Below, piece by piece: positions 46,926 to 57,894 of a stretch of 64,000 nucleotides of DNA. The position numbers and the translations under genes were made by a program. Source of the DNA: Clostridia bacterium (GTDB lineage Bacteria; Bacillota; Clostridia; Christensenellales; UBA1242); the NCBI GenBank assembly GCA_041670165.1, contig JBAXZR010000001.1, positions 52,930 to 116,929 of the forward strand, given 5' to 3'. The stretch's first letter is position 1. Each line of letters begins with the position of its first letter. Below the pieces are notes generated by a model, which was not told the DNA's origin, searched no databases, and was given only the letters and a program-made list of their open reading frames with translations.

Positions 46926-47588
46926 CTATCTAAGGGAATCAATTGACTCTTTAGGATTTGAACTTAAAAACAAATAACTACCGCTAACAACAATGTCAGC
47001 CCCGCAAGACTTAATTTCTTCTGTGTTTTCGGGATTAACTCCACCATCAACTTCAATTAAAAATTTAAAATTGTTTTGTTCTCTAAAAGTATTTAGTGAT
47101 TTTATTTTTGATAAAGATGAAGGAATAAATAATTGACCGCTTTTTCCGGGTTCAACACTCATGACAAGAACCAAATTGCATAGTGGCAAAAAATCATATA
47201 TTTCTGAAACTAATGTTTGTGGTTTAAAACTAATTCCTGCAAGTGCTCCAAGCTTTTTAATGTTTTCTAAACACTCAATTACTTCACTTTTTTTTCCGAA
47301 ACTTTCATAATGCACAGTTATGATATTTGCTCCAGCTTTAATATATTCTTTAACATGTTCTTCAGGGTGAACAATCATTAAATGAGCTTCAATTGGAACA
47401 ATACAATTTGAGTTAATTTGTTTAACAAAAGAAGCATCATATGTTATTTCTGAAACAAAATTGCCGTCCATAACATCACAATGAATAAAATCAGCCCCTG
47501 CTTCTTGAAGAGCTTTTGCATATTCAATAACCTGAGATTTAATTTTTACTGGGTGCGTTGAAGGTGCAATTCTAAGCTTTTTTACCAT
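46926..47588 (-). CDS. rpe: Ribulose-phosphate 3-epimerase
   Basis: HCDVMDGNFV, MSVEPGKSGQ, DGGVN motifs. Confidence 0.93.
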   Translation of the reverse strand: MVKKLRIAPSTHPVKIKSQVIEYAKALQEAGADFIHCDVMDGNFVSEITYDASFVKQINSNCIVPIEAHLMIVHPEEHVKEYIKAGANIITVHYESFGKKSEVIECLENIKKLGALAGISFKPQTLVSEIYDFLPLCNLVLVMSVEPGKSGQLFIPSSLSKIKSLNTFREQNNFKFLIEVDGGVNPENTEEIKSCGADIVVSGSYLFLSSNPKESIDSLR

Positions 47589-48456
47589 AATTACTTTTCC
47601 ACCTTTTTTGAATAATTAGAAACAAATCTTTGTATCTATTATATCTTTCTGTTGAAATTATCCCTTCTGTTGTTGCTTTCTTAACTCCACATACGGAAAT
47701 ATCTTCATTAGTATGCGTGCATTTGCCAAATTTACAATTTTTTGATGAATCAATAAATTCAGGATAAAATTTCCAAAGTTCTTCGGGTTCAATTAAGAGC
47801 AAATCTTCATCTAAAAAAGTGAATCCTGCCGTGTCAATTAAAAATGAATTTGGTTCAATTTCGTATAATTCTGTTAACCTTGTTGTGTTTTTGCCTCTTT
47901 CAATTTTTTTACTAAGCTCACCAACAAGAGTACATTCTTTGTTAAGAATTGCATTTGTCAAAGCACTTTTTCCAACAGCAGATTGCCCTGCAAATGCTGA
48001 TATCTTGCCTTTTAATAGCTCTTTTATTAAAAAAATATTTTCTTTTGTTTTAGCGGACAAAAACACAATTTTTAAAACGCTTGTATATTGATTTTTAATC
48101 TCACTAACAAAATTATCATTGCTTATATCAATCTTATTAACACACAAAACAGGTTCAATACCATTTAGAAAGCACATCAAAATAAGCTTGTCAATTAACA
48201 CTAAATCAGGTTTAGGAGTGCAAGACAAAACAATGAGCATTTGGTCTATGTTTGCAACTGGGGGTCTTACTAAACAATTTTTTCTTGAATAAACTTTTTC
48301 AATAAAAAATTGATTGTTCTCACAAGAAAATTCAATGTAATCTCCAACAAAAACTCCTGAGGCTTTATTTTTGCCTCTAGGAATACAGTCATATTTTTTT
48401 TCTTCAAACAAAACTGTAAAAATATTTGCATTTTTTTTGATTACAAGACCTTTCAT
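47572..48456 (-). CDS. rsgA: Ribosome small-subunit-dependent GTPase A
   Basis: Circularly permuted GTPase (NKID, GQSAVGKSAL, DTAGF) and a C-terminal zinc knuckle (CKFGKCTHTNE..CGV). Confidence 0.9.
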   Translation of the reverse strand: MKGLVIKKNANIFTVLFEEKKYDCIPRGKNKASGVFVGDYIEFSCENNQFFIEKVYSRKNCLVRPPVANIDQMLIVLSCTPKPDLVLIDKLILMCFLNGIEPVLCVNKIDISNDNFVSEIKNQYTSVLKIVFLSAKTKENIFLIKELLKGKISAFAGQSAVGKSALTNAILNKECTLVGELSKKIERGKNTTRLTELYEIEPNSFLIDTAGFTFLDEDLLLIEPEELWKFYPEFIDSSKNCKFGKCTHTNEDISVCGVKKATTEGIISTERYNRYKDLFLIIQKRWKSNYGKKA

Positions 48457-48536
48457 TTTTCTCCTATTATTAATCTTATAGGTACAATATGTTGTGTATT
48501 ATTTAAAAGTAATACACAATATTTTGTTGTTATGTG

Positions 48537-49577
48537 TTATGTTGCGGAAGCAACAGAGTTTCTAAGTTGACCACACGCACCACCAATATCATCACCCATT
48601 GTTCTTCTTACTGTTGCTGACATTCCAAGGCTAACAAGCATGTCGCAAAAAGCATATGCTTGTTTTCTGTTTGTTCCATCAAGCCCATTTTCGTAAGAGT
48701 GATTGAGTGGTATCAAATTCACATGAAGCGGAAAACCTCTAAGAACGGTTGAAAGTTCTTTTGCGTCTTCGAAACTATCGTTAAAATCTTTAATTAATGC
48801 GTATTCAAAAATCACTCTTCTACCAGTTTTGTTAAAATATGCCTTGCATTCCTGCAAAATTTCTTTTATTTTTACTGCTTCAGCAACTTTCATAATTTTT
48901 TTTCTTTTTTCATCATTTGCGGCGTGAAGTGAAATTGTTAAATTAATGTTAAAACCATCTTCAATAAGCTTTTTGATTCCATTAGGAAGCCCGCATGTTG
49001 ACAAAGAAATATTTCTTTGACTAATATTTATTCCATCTTCAGAAGAAACAAGCTTCAAAAATTTTGAAACATTATCATAATTGTCTAGCGGCTCACCGCT
49101 TCCCATAAGAACAATGTTTGTGATTTCTCTTTTTGTCATTGTTCCGCCAATAAGTCTGTTTACAACAAGAACTTCAGAAAGAATTTCTCCTGCGGTTAAG
49201 GACCTTATAAGCCCATTCATTCCACTAGCACAAAACTTGCAACCCATTCTGCAACCAACTTGTGTTGAAATGCAAATTGTTCTGCCATATTTGTATTCCA
49301 TTAAAACGCCTTCAATCATTGCTCCATCAGACAGTAAAAAAACGAACTTTCTTGTTCCATCTTTTCCAACTTTTTCTACATTAATTTTCACAAGTGTGTC
49401 TTCAAATTTTTCAAGAAGTTTGTTTTTAAGTTCTTTGGAAATTGTTGTTATTTCAGAAATGCTTTTTCCATTATAAATTCCTTCAAAAATTTGTTTTGCT
49501 CTCCATTTTTGTTCACCTAATTGACTAAGTAATTCTTGTAGTTCTGTGAGCGACAATGAAGCTATATGCTCTTTCAT
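48537..49577 (-). CDS. rlmN: 23S rRNA/tRNA A2503 C2-methyltransferase RlmN (radical SAM)
   Basis: CISTQVGCRMGCKFCASG, and GEPLDN, IPLN, ACGQL near the C-terminus. Confidence 0.93.
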   Translation of the reverse strand: MKEHIASLSLTELQELLSQLGEQKWRAKQIFEGIYNGKSISEITTISKELKNKLLEKFEDTLVKINVEKVGKDGTRKFVFLLSDGAMIEGVLMEYKYGRTICISTQVGCRMGCKFCASGMNGLIRSLTAGEILSEVLVVNRLIGGTMTKREITNIVLMGSGEPLDNYDNVSKFLKLVSSEDGINISQRNISLSTCGLPNGIKKLIEDGFNINLTISLHAANDEKRKKIMKVAEAVKIKEILQECKAYFNKTGRRVIFEYALIKDFNDSFEDAKELSTVLRGFPLHVNLIPLNHSYENGLDGTNRKQAYAFCDMLVSLGMSATVRRTMGDDIGGACGQLRNSVASAT

Positions 49578-50509
49578 TTAGCCACCTCACCAACATTAAT
49601 AGTTTTTCCACAAAGATAAGCTTTTGCTGTCATTCTTTTTCCATTTGGAGCTTGTATTTCAAGAAGCTCAACACATTCATTGTTGCCACATGAAAGTACA
49701 AGTCCTTGTTTTGATGAGCTAACAAGAACTGTTCCACAAACTTTTGTTGATGGAATGTCTGTTTTAACCTTAGCAGAAAAAACTTTAAATTCTTTTTCGT
49801 CAAGACGAACATAAGCGCTTGGACTTGGTGTCATGCCACGAATTTGATTAACAACTTCCTTGGCTGACTTTTCAAGCCACAATTTTCCGTCTTCTTTTTT
49901 AAGCATTGGAAAGTAAGTTGATTCGCTTTCAATTTGGCTTGTTCTTGGACTTGTTCCTTTTTCAATTAAATCTAGTGTTTCAAGCAAAAATTCAGGTGCA
50001 ATAGTTGCAATTTTTTCAGATAGTTCAGCTGAATTTTCAGTTTCTGAAATTTCAATTTCTTTTTTGCAAATTATGTCGCCATTATCAATTCCTGCTGCAG
50101 TGTGCATAATTGTGATGCCTGTTAAAGTTTCGCCATTTATAATTGCCCAGTTTATTGGTGCAGCTCCACGATATTTTGGCAAAAGTGAAGCATGAATATT
50201 TATTGTTCCCAAAGGTGCAATATCCAAAATTTCTTGCGACAAAATTTGTCCATAAGCAAATGTGATAAAAATGTCGGCATTAAGTTCTTTAAGTGCATTA
50301 ACACCTTCTTTTCTAATTTTGTTAAATTGATAAACGGGAACATTGTGAGCTAGAGCCACAGATTTAACAGGTGAAAAAACAATTTTTTTACCCCTACCCG
50401 ATTCTTTGTCTGGCTGACAAACAACGCAAGCTATTGTATGTTTTGAAGAAATTAACGCTTCAAGCGTTTTTACTGCTATTTCAGGAGTTCCTAGAAAAAC
50501 AATTCTCAT
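49574..50509 (-). CDS. fmt: Methionyl-tRNA formyltransferase
   Basis: MRIVFLGTPE, NIHASLLPKYRGAAPI. Confidence 0.95.
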   Translation of the reverse strand: MRIVFLGTPEIAVKTLEALISSKHTIACVVCQPDKESGRGKKIVFSPVKSVALAHNVPVYQFNKIRKEGVNALKELNADIFITFAYGQILSQEILDIAPLGTINIHASLLPKYRGAAPINWAIINGETLTGITIMHTAAGIDNGDIICKKEIEISETENSAELSEKIATIAPEFLLETLDLIEKGTSPRTSQIESESTYFPMLKKEDGKLWLEKSAKEVVNQIRGMTPSPSAYVRLDEKEFKVFSAKVKTDIPSTKVCGTVLVSSSKQGLVLSCGNNECVELLEIQAPNGKRMTAKAYLCGKTINVGEVAK

Positions 50510-50988
50510 TTTTTCTCTCTTTTTACTTTTTTAACAGCATCAGGATTTTCTTTAAAGGATTTATCTGTAAAAACAATGCCGTCAAGATGATCAATTTCAT
50601 GGCTTAGAACCATTGCTAAATCATCAACTCCAACAATTGTAAATGGATTACCAAATCTGTCATAAGCTGAAACAGAAATCAGTGTTGGTCTTGCAACCCA
50701 CTCTCTAACACCAACAACACTTAAACAACCTTCACGGCAATATCTTTTGCCTTCTTGATAATTTATAACAGGATTAACGAGTTCCATAAACATGTTGTTT
50801 GCTTCAATTATAACTACTCGTTTAAGAACTCCAACTTGAACAGCTGCAAGCCCCATTCCATCATTTATTTTCATGGTTTCTTTCATATCGTCAAGCAAAG
50901 TACCCAAGTTTTCATCAAAAACCTTTTGTTCTTTACTTTTTTTTCTTAATAATTCATCTCCAATTATAATAATTTTACGAGTTGCCAT
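50506..50988 (-). CDS. def: Peptide deformylase
   Basis: GLAAVQVG, EGCLS, HEIDHLDG motifs. Confidence 0.95.
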   Translation of the reverse strand: MATRKIIIIGDELLRKKSKEQKVFDENLGTLLDDMKETMKINDGMGLAAVQVGVLKRVVIIEANNMFMELVNPVINYQEGKRYCREGCLSVVGVREWVARPTLISVSAYDRFGNPFTIVGVDDLAMVLSHEIDHLDGIVFTDKSFKENPDAVKKVKREKK

Positions 50989-51001
50989 GACTAAGCTCCT
51001 T

Positions 51002-53206
51002 TTAACTTAAATTTTGAGGATTGATTTCTACAAATATTGAAATGTTATTTGCAAGATATTTGTCTGAAATTGCGTATATTTGTTCTGTTAGGAATGATTC
51101 ATTTTCTTTTTTAATTCTCATCAAAATTTGATATCTGAATTTGTTTTTAATTCTACTAACTGGTGATTTCATAACCTCAAGAAAAACAAAATCCTTTGAG
51201 TTTTTAATTTTCAAATCTTTGATTTCATTATAGCATAATTGAAGAGTTTGTCTAACATTTTCTTCATTTTCGCCAGATATTAAAATTCTAATTATTTTTG
51301 TGAATGGTGGAAACAAAGTAACTTTTCTTAAATTAAATTCCTTTTCAAAGAAACCTTTATAAAAGTAGTTTGCTGCATATTTAAAAACATAATGTCTTGG
51401 ATTGTATGTTTGGAGAATAACTTTTCCATCACTATCTGCTCTTCCTGCCCTGCCAGAAACTTGCGTAATAAGAGCAAAGGTTCGTTCACTACTGCGATAA
51501 TCTGACTGATATAGTCCTTGATCTGCATCAATAATACCCACCAAGGTAACATCTTTAAAATCATGTCCTTTAGCAATCATTTGAGTTCCAACCAAAATTG
51601 CTGGTAATGTGCTTGCAAACTCTCCTAGTATTTTTTGATGTGCATTTTTAATACTTGTTGTGTCATTATCCATTCTTAGAATTTTTACATTTGGAAATAG
51701 TTTGTTTAATTCATACACAACTTGTTCTGTTCCAACTGCGCCATGCCTAAGTTTTTCACTGTTGCATTGAGGACAATTTGTAAGCATTTTAAATCTTTTT
51801 CCACAAAAATGGCATTTAAGCCTATTTTCTTCTTTGTGATAAACAAGTGAAACATCACAATCAGAACATTTTGCAACATAACCACAATTAGTGCACATAA
51901 CAAAAGAAGTAAATCCTCTTCTGTTTAGAAAAATCATTGCTTGTTTTTTTGAAGCAATGCATTCATCAAGCACTGATTTAAGCGAACAAGAAAACATGCT
52001 GTTATTTCCGTGTCTAATTTCATCAAGCATATCAACAATTTGGATTGAAGGAAGGTTTTTGCCATTAATTCTTTCAGGCAATTCAAGAAGTTTAAATTCA
52101 CCGTCAATTGCTTTTGAATAAGAAGAAATTGATGGTGTTGCACTACCCAGAACAAGCGGACAATTGTTAAATTTTGCCCTAAAATCAGCAACAGTATGAG
52201 TGTCATATCTAGGATCACTTTCACTAATGTAGGATTGTTCATGCTCTTCATCAATAATTACAATTCCAACATTTTCAATTGGAGCAAAAATTGCTGATCT
52301 TGCACCAATCACAATTTTTGCTTTTCCATTTCTTATTCTATTCCATTCATCATATCTTTCACCAACAGAAAGACTGCTATGAATAATGGCAACATTATCA
52401 CCAAATCGTGATTTAAAAAGAGAAAACATTTGTGGGGTTAAAGCAATTTCAGGAACAAGCATAATTGCGCTCTTCCCATTGTTTACTGCTTTAGAAATAA
52501 GATTTAAATATACTTCAGTTTTTCCACTTCCAGTAACGCCATGAAGCAAATATGTTTTGTTTAAATTTAAATCAACACAATTAACTGCGTTTTGTTGCAT
52601 TTTGGTTAAAACAAAATTTTCTCGTGATTTTTTGGTGTAGTCAGGATTTCTAGAAACTTGACTAAATTTAATTTTTAAAATATTTTTATCAACGAGAGCT
52701 TTTATGGAGGCAGGAGAAAATTTTTCAGTTAATATTGAAGATTTTTCTTCTTTATGGCATTGAAAATATTCAAGAATTGCAATTTGCGATTTGGCTTGTT
52801 TCTTTGTTGAAAGTTTTTCTTTTTCAAGGTCAATTTCATCATTAACAACAAAATATCTTTCTTGTTTATCTTTAACTTTTCCACCACGCATTTGTGCAGG
52901 TAAAAAAAGTCTTAGAACAGACACCCTTTTTAAATGAAATTCTTTGCACATGAATCCGCATAGGTTAAGCATTTCTTTTGTTATTGCTGGAAGAAAATCT
53001 AAAACTTTAAAAATTGGTTTAATTTTTTCAGCTGGAACAAGTGATTTGTCTTTAATTGCAACAACAAATCCTTCAATTTTTCTGTTACCAAAAAAGACTT
53101 CCACACGGCTTCCAGCTTGGCATGTGAAAGATGATTCATCAATTAAGTAATCAAAAACTCGATCAACGGCTGAGTTTTGAACATCAACAATCACTTCTGC
53201 AAACAT
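51002..53206 (-). CDS. priA: Primosomal replication restart helicase PriA
   Basis: GVTGSGKTEVY, DEEH, Cys-rich zinc region CTNCGYVAKCSDCD...CHFCG...CPQC. Confidence 0.95.
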   Translation of the reverse strand: MFAEVIVDVQNSAVDRVFDYLIDESSFTCQAGSRVEVFFGNRKIEGFVVAIKDKSLVPAEKIKPIFKVLDFLPAITKEMLNLCGFMCKEFHLKRVSVLRLFLPAQMRGGKVKDKQERYFVVNDEIDLEKEKLSTKKQAKSQIAILEYFQCHKEEKSSILTEKFSPASIKALVDKNILKIKFSQVSRNPDYTKKSRENFVLTKMQQNAVNCVDLNLNKTYLLHGVTGSGKTEVYLNLISKAVNNGKSAIMLVPEIALTPQMFSLFKSRFGDNVAIIHSSLSVGERYDEWNRIRNGKAKIVIGARSAIFAPIENVGIVIIDEEHEQSYISESDPRYDTHTVADFRAKFNNCPLVLGSATPSISSYSKAIDGEFKLLELPERINGKNLPSIQIVDMLDEIRHGNNSMFSCSLKSVLDECIASKKQAMIFLNRRGFTSFVMCTNCGYVAKCSDCDVSLVYHKEENRLKCHFCGKRFKMLTNCPQCNSEKLRHGAVGTEQVVYELNKLFPNVKILRMDNDTTSIKNAHQKILGEFASTLPAILVGTQMIAKGHDFKDVTLVGIIDADQGLYQSDYRSSERTFALITQVSGRAGRADSDGKVILQTYNPRHYVFKYAANYFYKGFFEKEFNLRKVTLFPPFTKIIRILISGENEENVRQTLQLCYNEIKDLKIKNSKDFVFLEVMKSPVSRIKNKFRYQILMRIKKENESFLTEQIYAISDKYLANNISIFVEINPQNLS

Positions 53207-53267
53207 AATCTCTCTTTAAAAAAAATAATTCCATACTGCACAAATGACAGCATGGAACTTTCTTATC

Positions 53268-53474
53268 CTAGTTGGATTCAACATGGCTTGCAACAACTTT
53301 TCCATCGTACACTTCTTCAGCTGCAAGTGTAATACTCTTTTTGTCAGAAACAGCAAGTTCAGCTGGAATTTTTTTCTCCAATTCCTTTGCTCTTTTTGCG
53401 ATTAAGCAAGAAAGAATGTATTTGTTATCTTCAGTTTTAGCTGCGAGTTCATCAATTGGTGGTTCACACATCAT
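53268..53474 (-). CDS. rpoZ: DNA-directed RNA polymerase omega subunit
   Basis: MMCEPPIDELAAKTEDNKYILSCLIAKRAKEL fits the RpoZ N-terminal pattern. The track ORF starts at an upstream GTG; ATG 53474 is preferred. Confidence 0.85.
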   Translation of the reverse strand: MMCEPPIDELAAKTEDNKYILSCLIAKRAKELEKKIPAELAVSDKKSITLAAEEVYDGKVVASHVESN

Positions 53475-53677
53475 AAATTTTAAATCCCCTTTACTAAGAA
53501 AGCATTTTAACACACAAATTCTGTTTTGTGAAGCTATTTTTAATTTATTTTAAATGCTTAAAGATAAATTATTTTTCTTTTCTCATTATACTTAAGAAAA
53601 AATTAGATTTTTTTAAGAATAATTTATTAAACCTAACAAAAATTTCTTGTATGAGATTTTTTATTTTTTATAACAAA

Positions 53678-55630
53678 TTATGAATTAATCATATTCATAA
53701 ATTCAGTTTCAGAAATGATTTTGATTCCAAGTTCTTTTGCTTTTTGAAGTTTGTTTCCTGCATTTTCGCCAACAAGAACAAATGAGGTTTTTGTTGAAAC
53801 AGATGATACAACTTCTCCACCAGCTTTTTCAATAATTTTTGTTGCTTCTTCTCTCGAATAATTTTCTAGAGTTCCTGTAAGGACAATTTTTTGACCAAGA
53901 AGAATTTGATTTGAACTAATATAGTTTTCTTTAATTTTAATTCCGCAGTCAATTAGATTATTTATTTCCAAAGAAAATTTTGGTTCGGCAAAATAATCAG
54001 AAATTTCTTTTGCCATAACTTCGCCAAAATTGTTCAAAGCAAGCAAATCTTCAAATGTTGCATTCATAAGGTTGTTTAGAGTTCCAAATCGCTTTGCTAA
54101 ATCTTTTGATGCTTTAACTCCAATTTCTGAAATTCCAAGAGCATAAATAAAGTTATATAAATAAGGATTTTTACTTTTTTCAATTGAGTTAATTATGTTT
54201 TGTGCTTTTTTTTGTTTAAAACCATCAAGTTTCAACAAATCATCAATTGTCAGATTGTATAGTTCAGAACAATTTTTTAAACCTAGTTTTTCAAAAAGTG
54301 CCAAAGCGGTTTGCTCTGAAACTCCTTCAATATTCATTGCATCACGACTTGTGAAATGAGTAAATCTGCCAACAATTTGTGATGGACAGTTGTCAAAGTT
54401 TTTGCAAAACAAATTTACACCGTCATGAACGAGCTTTGCTCCACAACTTGGACAATTCTCAGGCTCAATAGGCACAGTTCCAATGTTTTTGTCGCCTGCA
54501 ACACCCAAAATTTCTGGAATAACTTCATTGCTTCTTCTAACGAATACTCTTCCGCCAATTTTTACTTGCTTACGCATAATATCATCAATATTGTTTAAAG
54601 TTGCTTTTTGAATTGTTGCACCACTAAGTTCAACAGGTTCAATTTCAGCAATTGGAGTAACCTTTCCTGTTCGTCCAACACTCCAAAAAACTGATTTCAA
54701 AACAGTTGAAAGCTCTTCTGCTTCGAATTTGTAAGCCATTGCCCATTTGGGAAATTTACTTGTTTTTCCTAGTTCATCTCGGAATGCAATCTGATTTAAT
54801 TTAAGAACAACTCCATCAATTAAAATATTTATGTTTGTTCTATTTTCTCCAATTTGTTTAATCGTTTTTTCCATTTCGGAAAATTTAGTTAGCTTTTCAA
54901 AAAAATTTCCAACCAAAAAGTTGTTAATCTTTAAAAAAATTTTCATTTCTTCTTGCGTTTCAAATTTTTCACTATCACAAAATGGAATATTATACGCAAA
55001 AAAATCCAAATTTCTTTTTGCAGTTTCCTTTGGGTCTAAATTTCTTATTGCTCCAGCTGCGGCATTTCTTGCATTTTTTAAAGGTTCATTGTTATTTTTG
55101 TTGTAGTCTTTAAGATTTGATAAAAGCATAAGCCCTTCACCAACAACAATCAATTTTCCTTTAAAAGGAATTTTTAATGGAACACTTTTTATTGTTTTTA
55201 TTTGATTTGTTACATTTTCACCAATAATTCCATTGCCTCTAGTTGCAGCCAGTTTCAAATTTCCATCAATATATGTTAAACTAAGTGAAAGTCCGTCAAA
55301 TTTATATTCAAGAGCAAATTCAGCCTTGTTAATTTTAGATTTAACACCATCAACCCAAGATTGAAGCTCTGAAAGAGATTGGCATTTTGCCAAACTTTGT
55401 AATGGATATTCATGAATAACCTTTTCAAATCCTTCAAGAACTTCACCGCCAACACGATTTGTTGGTGAATCTGGTAATATAGTTCCAAGTTCTTTTTCTA
55501 AAGCAATTAATTCATCAGAGAGTTTGTCATATTCAGCATCAGCAACTGAAGGGTTATCTAAAACATAATAATCATAAGCAAGCTTTGAAACAATTGCTGT
55601 CAATTCTTCAAGTCTTTGTTTTTTATTCAT
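53678..55630 (-). CDS. ligA: NAD-dependent DNA ligase LigA
   Basis: Adenylation motif EYKFDGLS, zinc finger CPSCGAKL...C, HhH region and C-terminal BRCT. ATG 55630 overlaps the pcrA stop by 8 nt. Confidence 0.95.
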   Translation of the reverse strand: MNKKQRLEELTAIVSKLAYDYYVLDNPSVADAEYDKLSDELIALEKELGTILPDSPTNRVGGEVLEGFEKVIHEYPLQSLAKCQSLSELQSWVDGVKSKINKAEFALEYKFDGLSLSLTYIDGNLKLAATRGNGIIGENVTNQIKTIKSVPLKIPFKGKLIVVGEGLMLLSNLKDYNKNNNEPLKNARNAAAGAIRNLDPKETAKRNLDFFAYNIPFCDSEKFETQEEMKIFLKINNFLVGNFFEKLTKFSEMEKTIKQIGENRTNINILIDGVVLKLNQIAFRDELGKTSKFPKWAMAYKFEAEELSTVLKSVFWSVGRTGKVTPIAEIEPVELSGATIQKATLNNIDDIMRKQVKIGGRVFVRRSNEVIPEILGVAGDKNIGTVPIEPENCPSCGAKLVHDGVNLFCKNFDNCPSQIVGRFTHFTSRDAMNIEGVSEQTALALFEKLGLKNCSELYNLTIDDLLKLDGFKQKKAQNIINSIEKSKNPYLYNFIYALGISEIGVKASKDLAKRFGTLNNLMNATFEDLLALNNFGEVMAKEISDYFAEPKFSLEINNLIDCGIKIKENYISSNQILLGQKIVLTGTLENYSREEATKIIEKAGGEVVSSVSTKTSFVLVGENAGNKLQKAKELGIKIISETEFMNMINS

Positions 55631-57854
55631 TATCTTGCTCCTTGTTAACAATTGTTAGTGGTGCTAAATCTTTCATTAATGATTTCTTGCCAAAACCATC
55701 AAAAATTATATCTACAACATCACCATCAAGTTTTTCAACAACTCCTTGTCCAAACCTTGGGTGTTCAACAACCATTCCAGAAATAAGAGTTAAATTGTTT
55801 TTGTTAACAACCTTTTGAACTTCTTTGAAAACAGGCTTAACAAATTTTACTTGAGTGTTTTCTTTTCCTGAAAAATTTTGCTGAGAGTAATCACTATATT
55901 TTGTTGCTTCTTCAAATTGCTTTCTTTGTTCGTTTTCCCATTTTGCTGAAGTATCACCTAGTCCCATTTCGGACAAAAATCTGCTCTGAAGCGTAAAATC
56001 TCTTTTGCCGTACATAAATCTTGTTTTGCAACAAGTTAAGAAAAGTCTTTGCTCTGCCCTTGTAATTGCAACATACATCAATCTTCTTTCTTCTTCAAGA
56101 TCAAAAGGTGAATTCATTGCTCTACTTATTGGAAAACATTTTTCTTCAAGTCCAACAACAAACACATTTTTAAATTCCAAACCTTTGACAGAGTGGACAG
56201 TTGCAATGGTAACATTGTTGTTTTCTTGATCCATTGAATCAATATCACTGATAAGAGAAATGCTTTCAAGATAATCTTGAAGAGTTGCTTCGCTATTTTT
56301 TTCTTGAAATTCGCTTGTTGCAACAATAAAGCTGTCTATATTCATGATTTTGTTTTGATCTTCTTCACTCTTTGTTGGGTAAGCCGATTTAATTCCAAAC
56401 TTTTTAACAACTTCAATAACAAAATCTTCCAGTTTTAGTTTCGGTAAAAGCTCTTCAAGTTCAATTAAAGCAGTTGAGAAATTTGCAATTTTTTCAATTA
56501 AGGTTTTGGGTAAATTCAAAGTTTGAATTTTTTTGATTGTTTCAAGAAGACTGAATCCTTTTGCCATACCTTCTTGTCTAATTTTTTCAATAGCAGCGTC
56601 CCCAAGCCCTCGCTTAGGGAAATTGATTATTCTTAGAAGTGAATTTTCATCTCTTTTGTTAACAAAAAGTCTTAAAAAAGCAACTATATTTTTAATTTCT
56701 GCTCTTTCAAAGAATTTCATTCCACCAAAAAGTCTGTGTGGTATGTTATAAGACATAAAGGCTTGTTCAAATGGAAGTGTCAAAGCATTTAATCGGCATA
56801 AAACAACAATATCAGAAAATTTTTCACCGCTATCAACAAGTTTAAGAATGCTTTGAGCAACATATGAAGCTTCTTCTTGTTCATCATAGCATTTTTTGAA
56901 AACAACATTTTCACCTTGTTCGTTTTCTGTAAACAATTTTTTGTCAAATCGTTGTTTGTTGTTAACAATAATTTTGTTAGCATAATTAAGTATACTTTTT
57001 GTTGAACGATAATTTCGTTCTAGCTTAAAAGTTTGACAACCGGGAAAATCTTTTGTAAATCTAAATATATTTTCAAATTCAGCACCACGCCATGAGTATA
57101 TGCTTTGGTCTTCATCTCCAACAACAAAAACATTTTTTGAGCCACCAGATAATAATCTCACAAGGTCATATTGAATTTTGTTTGTATCTTGAAATTCATC
57201 AACAAGAACATACTTAAACCTTTGTTGATATCTTTTTAAAACTTCAGGATTTTTGACAAAAAGTTCTTTGGTTTTGATTAGTAAATCATCAAAATCTAAT
57301 GCATTATTTCTTTTTAATTCAGCTTCATACATTGAAAAAATTCTGATTATTTCCGAAATATTTTGTTCATAAGAAAATTGAATCAAATATTCTGAAATAT
57401 CTCTATTATTTGTTTTTATATTTCCAATATGAAATTGAATTTTTTTAATAAATTCTTTGTCATTAATACCTTTTTCGTCAAGGATTTTTTTAAGAACCTT
57501 TTCAGTGTCTTGGTCGCTATAAATTGAAAAATCACTTGAGTATCCATCAATGCAACCAATATAAGACCTTAAAATTCTTACGCACATGCTGTGAAAAGTG
57601 GAAATCCAAACACGGTTTCCACCATCAACCATTTTTGAAACTCTTTCTTTCATTTCATTTGCTGCTTTGTTTGTGAATGTTATTGCAATAATACTTTCAG
57701 GTTCAACACCTTTTTCACAAATCAAATAAGCAATTCTGTGAGTTAACAATCTGGTTTTTCCACTACCCGCACCAGCGGTAACCAAAACAGCACCTTCAAG
57801 TGCAAAAAGTGCTTTTTTTTGTTCGTCATTAAGCGATGATATATCAAAATTCAT
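55623..57854 (-). CDS. pcrA: ATP-dependent DNA helicase PcrA (UvrD family)
   Basis: AGAGSGKTRLLTHRIAYL, VDEFQDTN, TVHSVKGLEF, ERRLMYVAITRAE. Confidence 0.93.
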   Translation of the reverse strand: MNFDISSLNDEQKKALFALEGAVLVTAGAGSGKTRLLTHRIAYLICEKGVEPESIIAITFTNKAANEMKERVSKMVDGGNRVWISTFHSMCVRILRSYIGCIDGYSSDFSIYSDQDTEKVLKKILDEKGINDKEFIKKIQFHIGNIKTNNRDISEYLIQFSYEQNISEIIRIFSMYEAELKRNNALDFDDLLIKTKELFVKNPEVLKRYQQRFKYVLVDEFQDTNKIQYDLVRLLSGGSKNVFVVGDEDQSIYSWRGAEFENIFRFTKDFPGCQTFKLERNYRSTKSILNYANKIIVNNKQRFDKKLFTENEQGENVVFKKCYDEQEEASYVAQSILKLVDSGEKFSDIVVLCRLNALTLPFEQAFMSYNIPHRLFGGMKFFERAEIKNIVAFLRLFVNKRDENSLLRIINFPKRGLGDAAIEKIRQEGMAKGFSLLETIKKIQTLNLPKTLIEKIANFSTALIELEELLPKLKLEDFVIEVVKKFGIKSAYPTKSEEDQNKIMNIDSFIVATSEFQEKNSEATLQDYLESISLISDIDSMDQENNNVTIATVHSVKGLEFKNVFVVGLEEKCFPISRAMNSPFDLEEERRLMYVAITRAEQRLFLTCCKTRFMYGKRDFTLQSRFLSEMGLGDTSAKWENEQRKQFEEATKYSDYSQQNFSGKENTQVKFVKPVFKEVQKVVNKNNLTLISGMVVEHPRFGQGVVEKLDGDVVDIIFDGFGKKSLMKDLAPLTIVNKEQDNE

Positions 57855-57894
57855 GATTGTATGTTAACATATTAGTGTCTTTTTTACAACCAAA

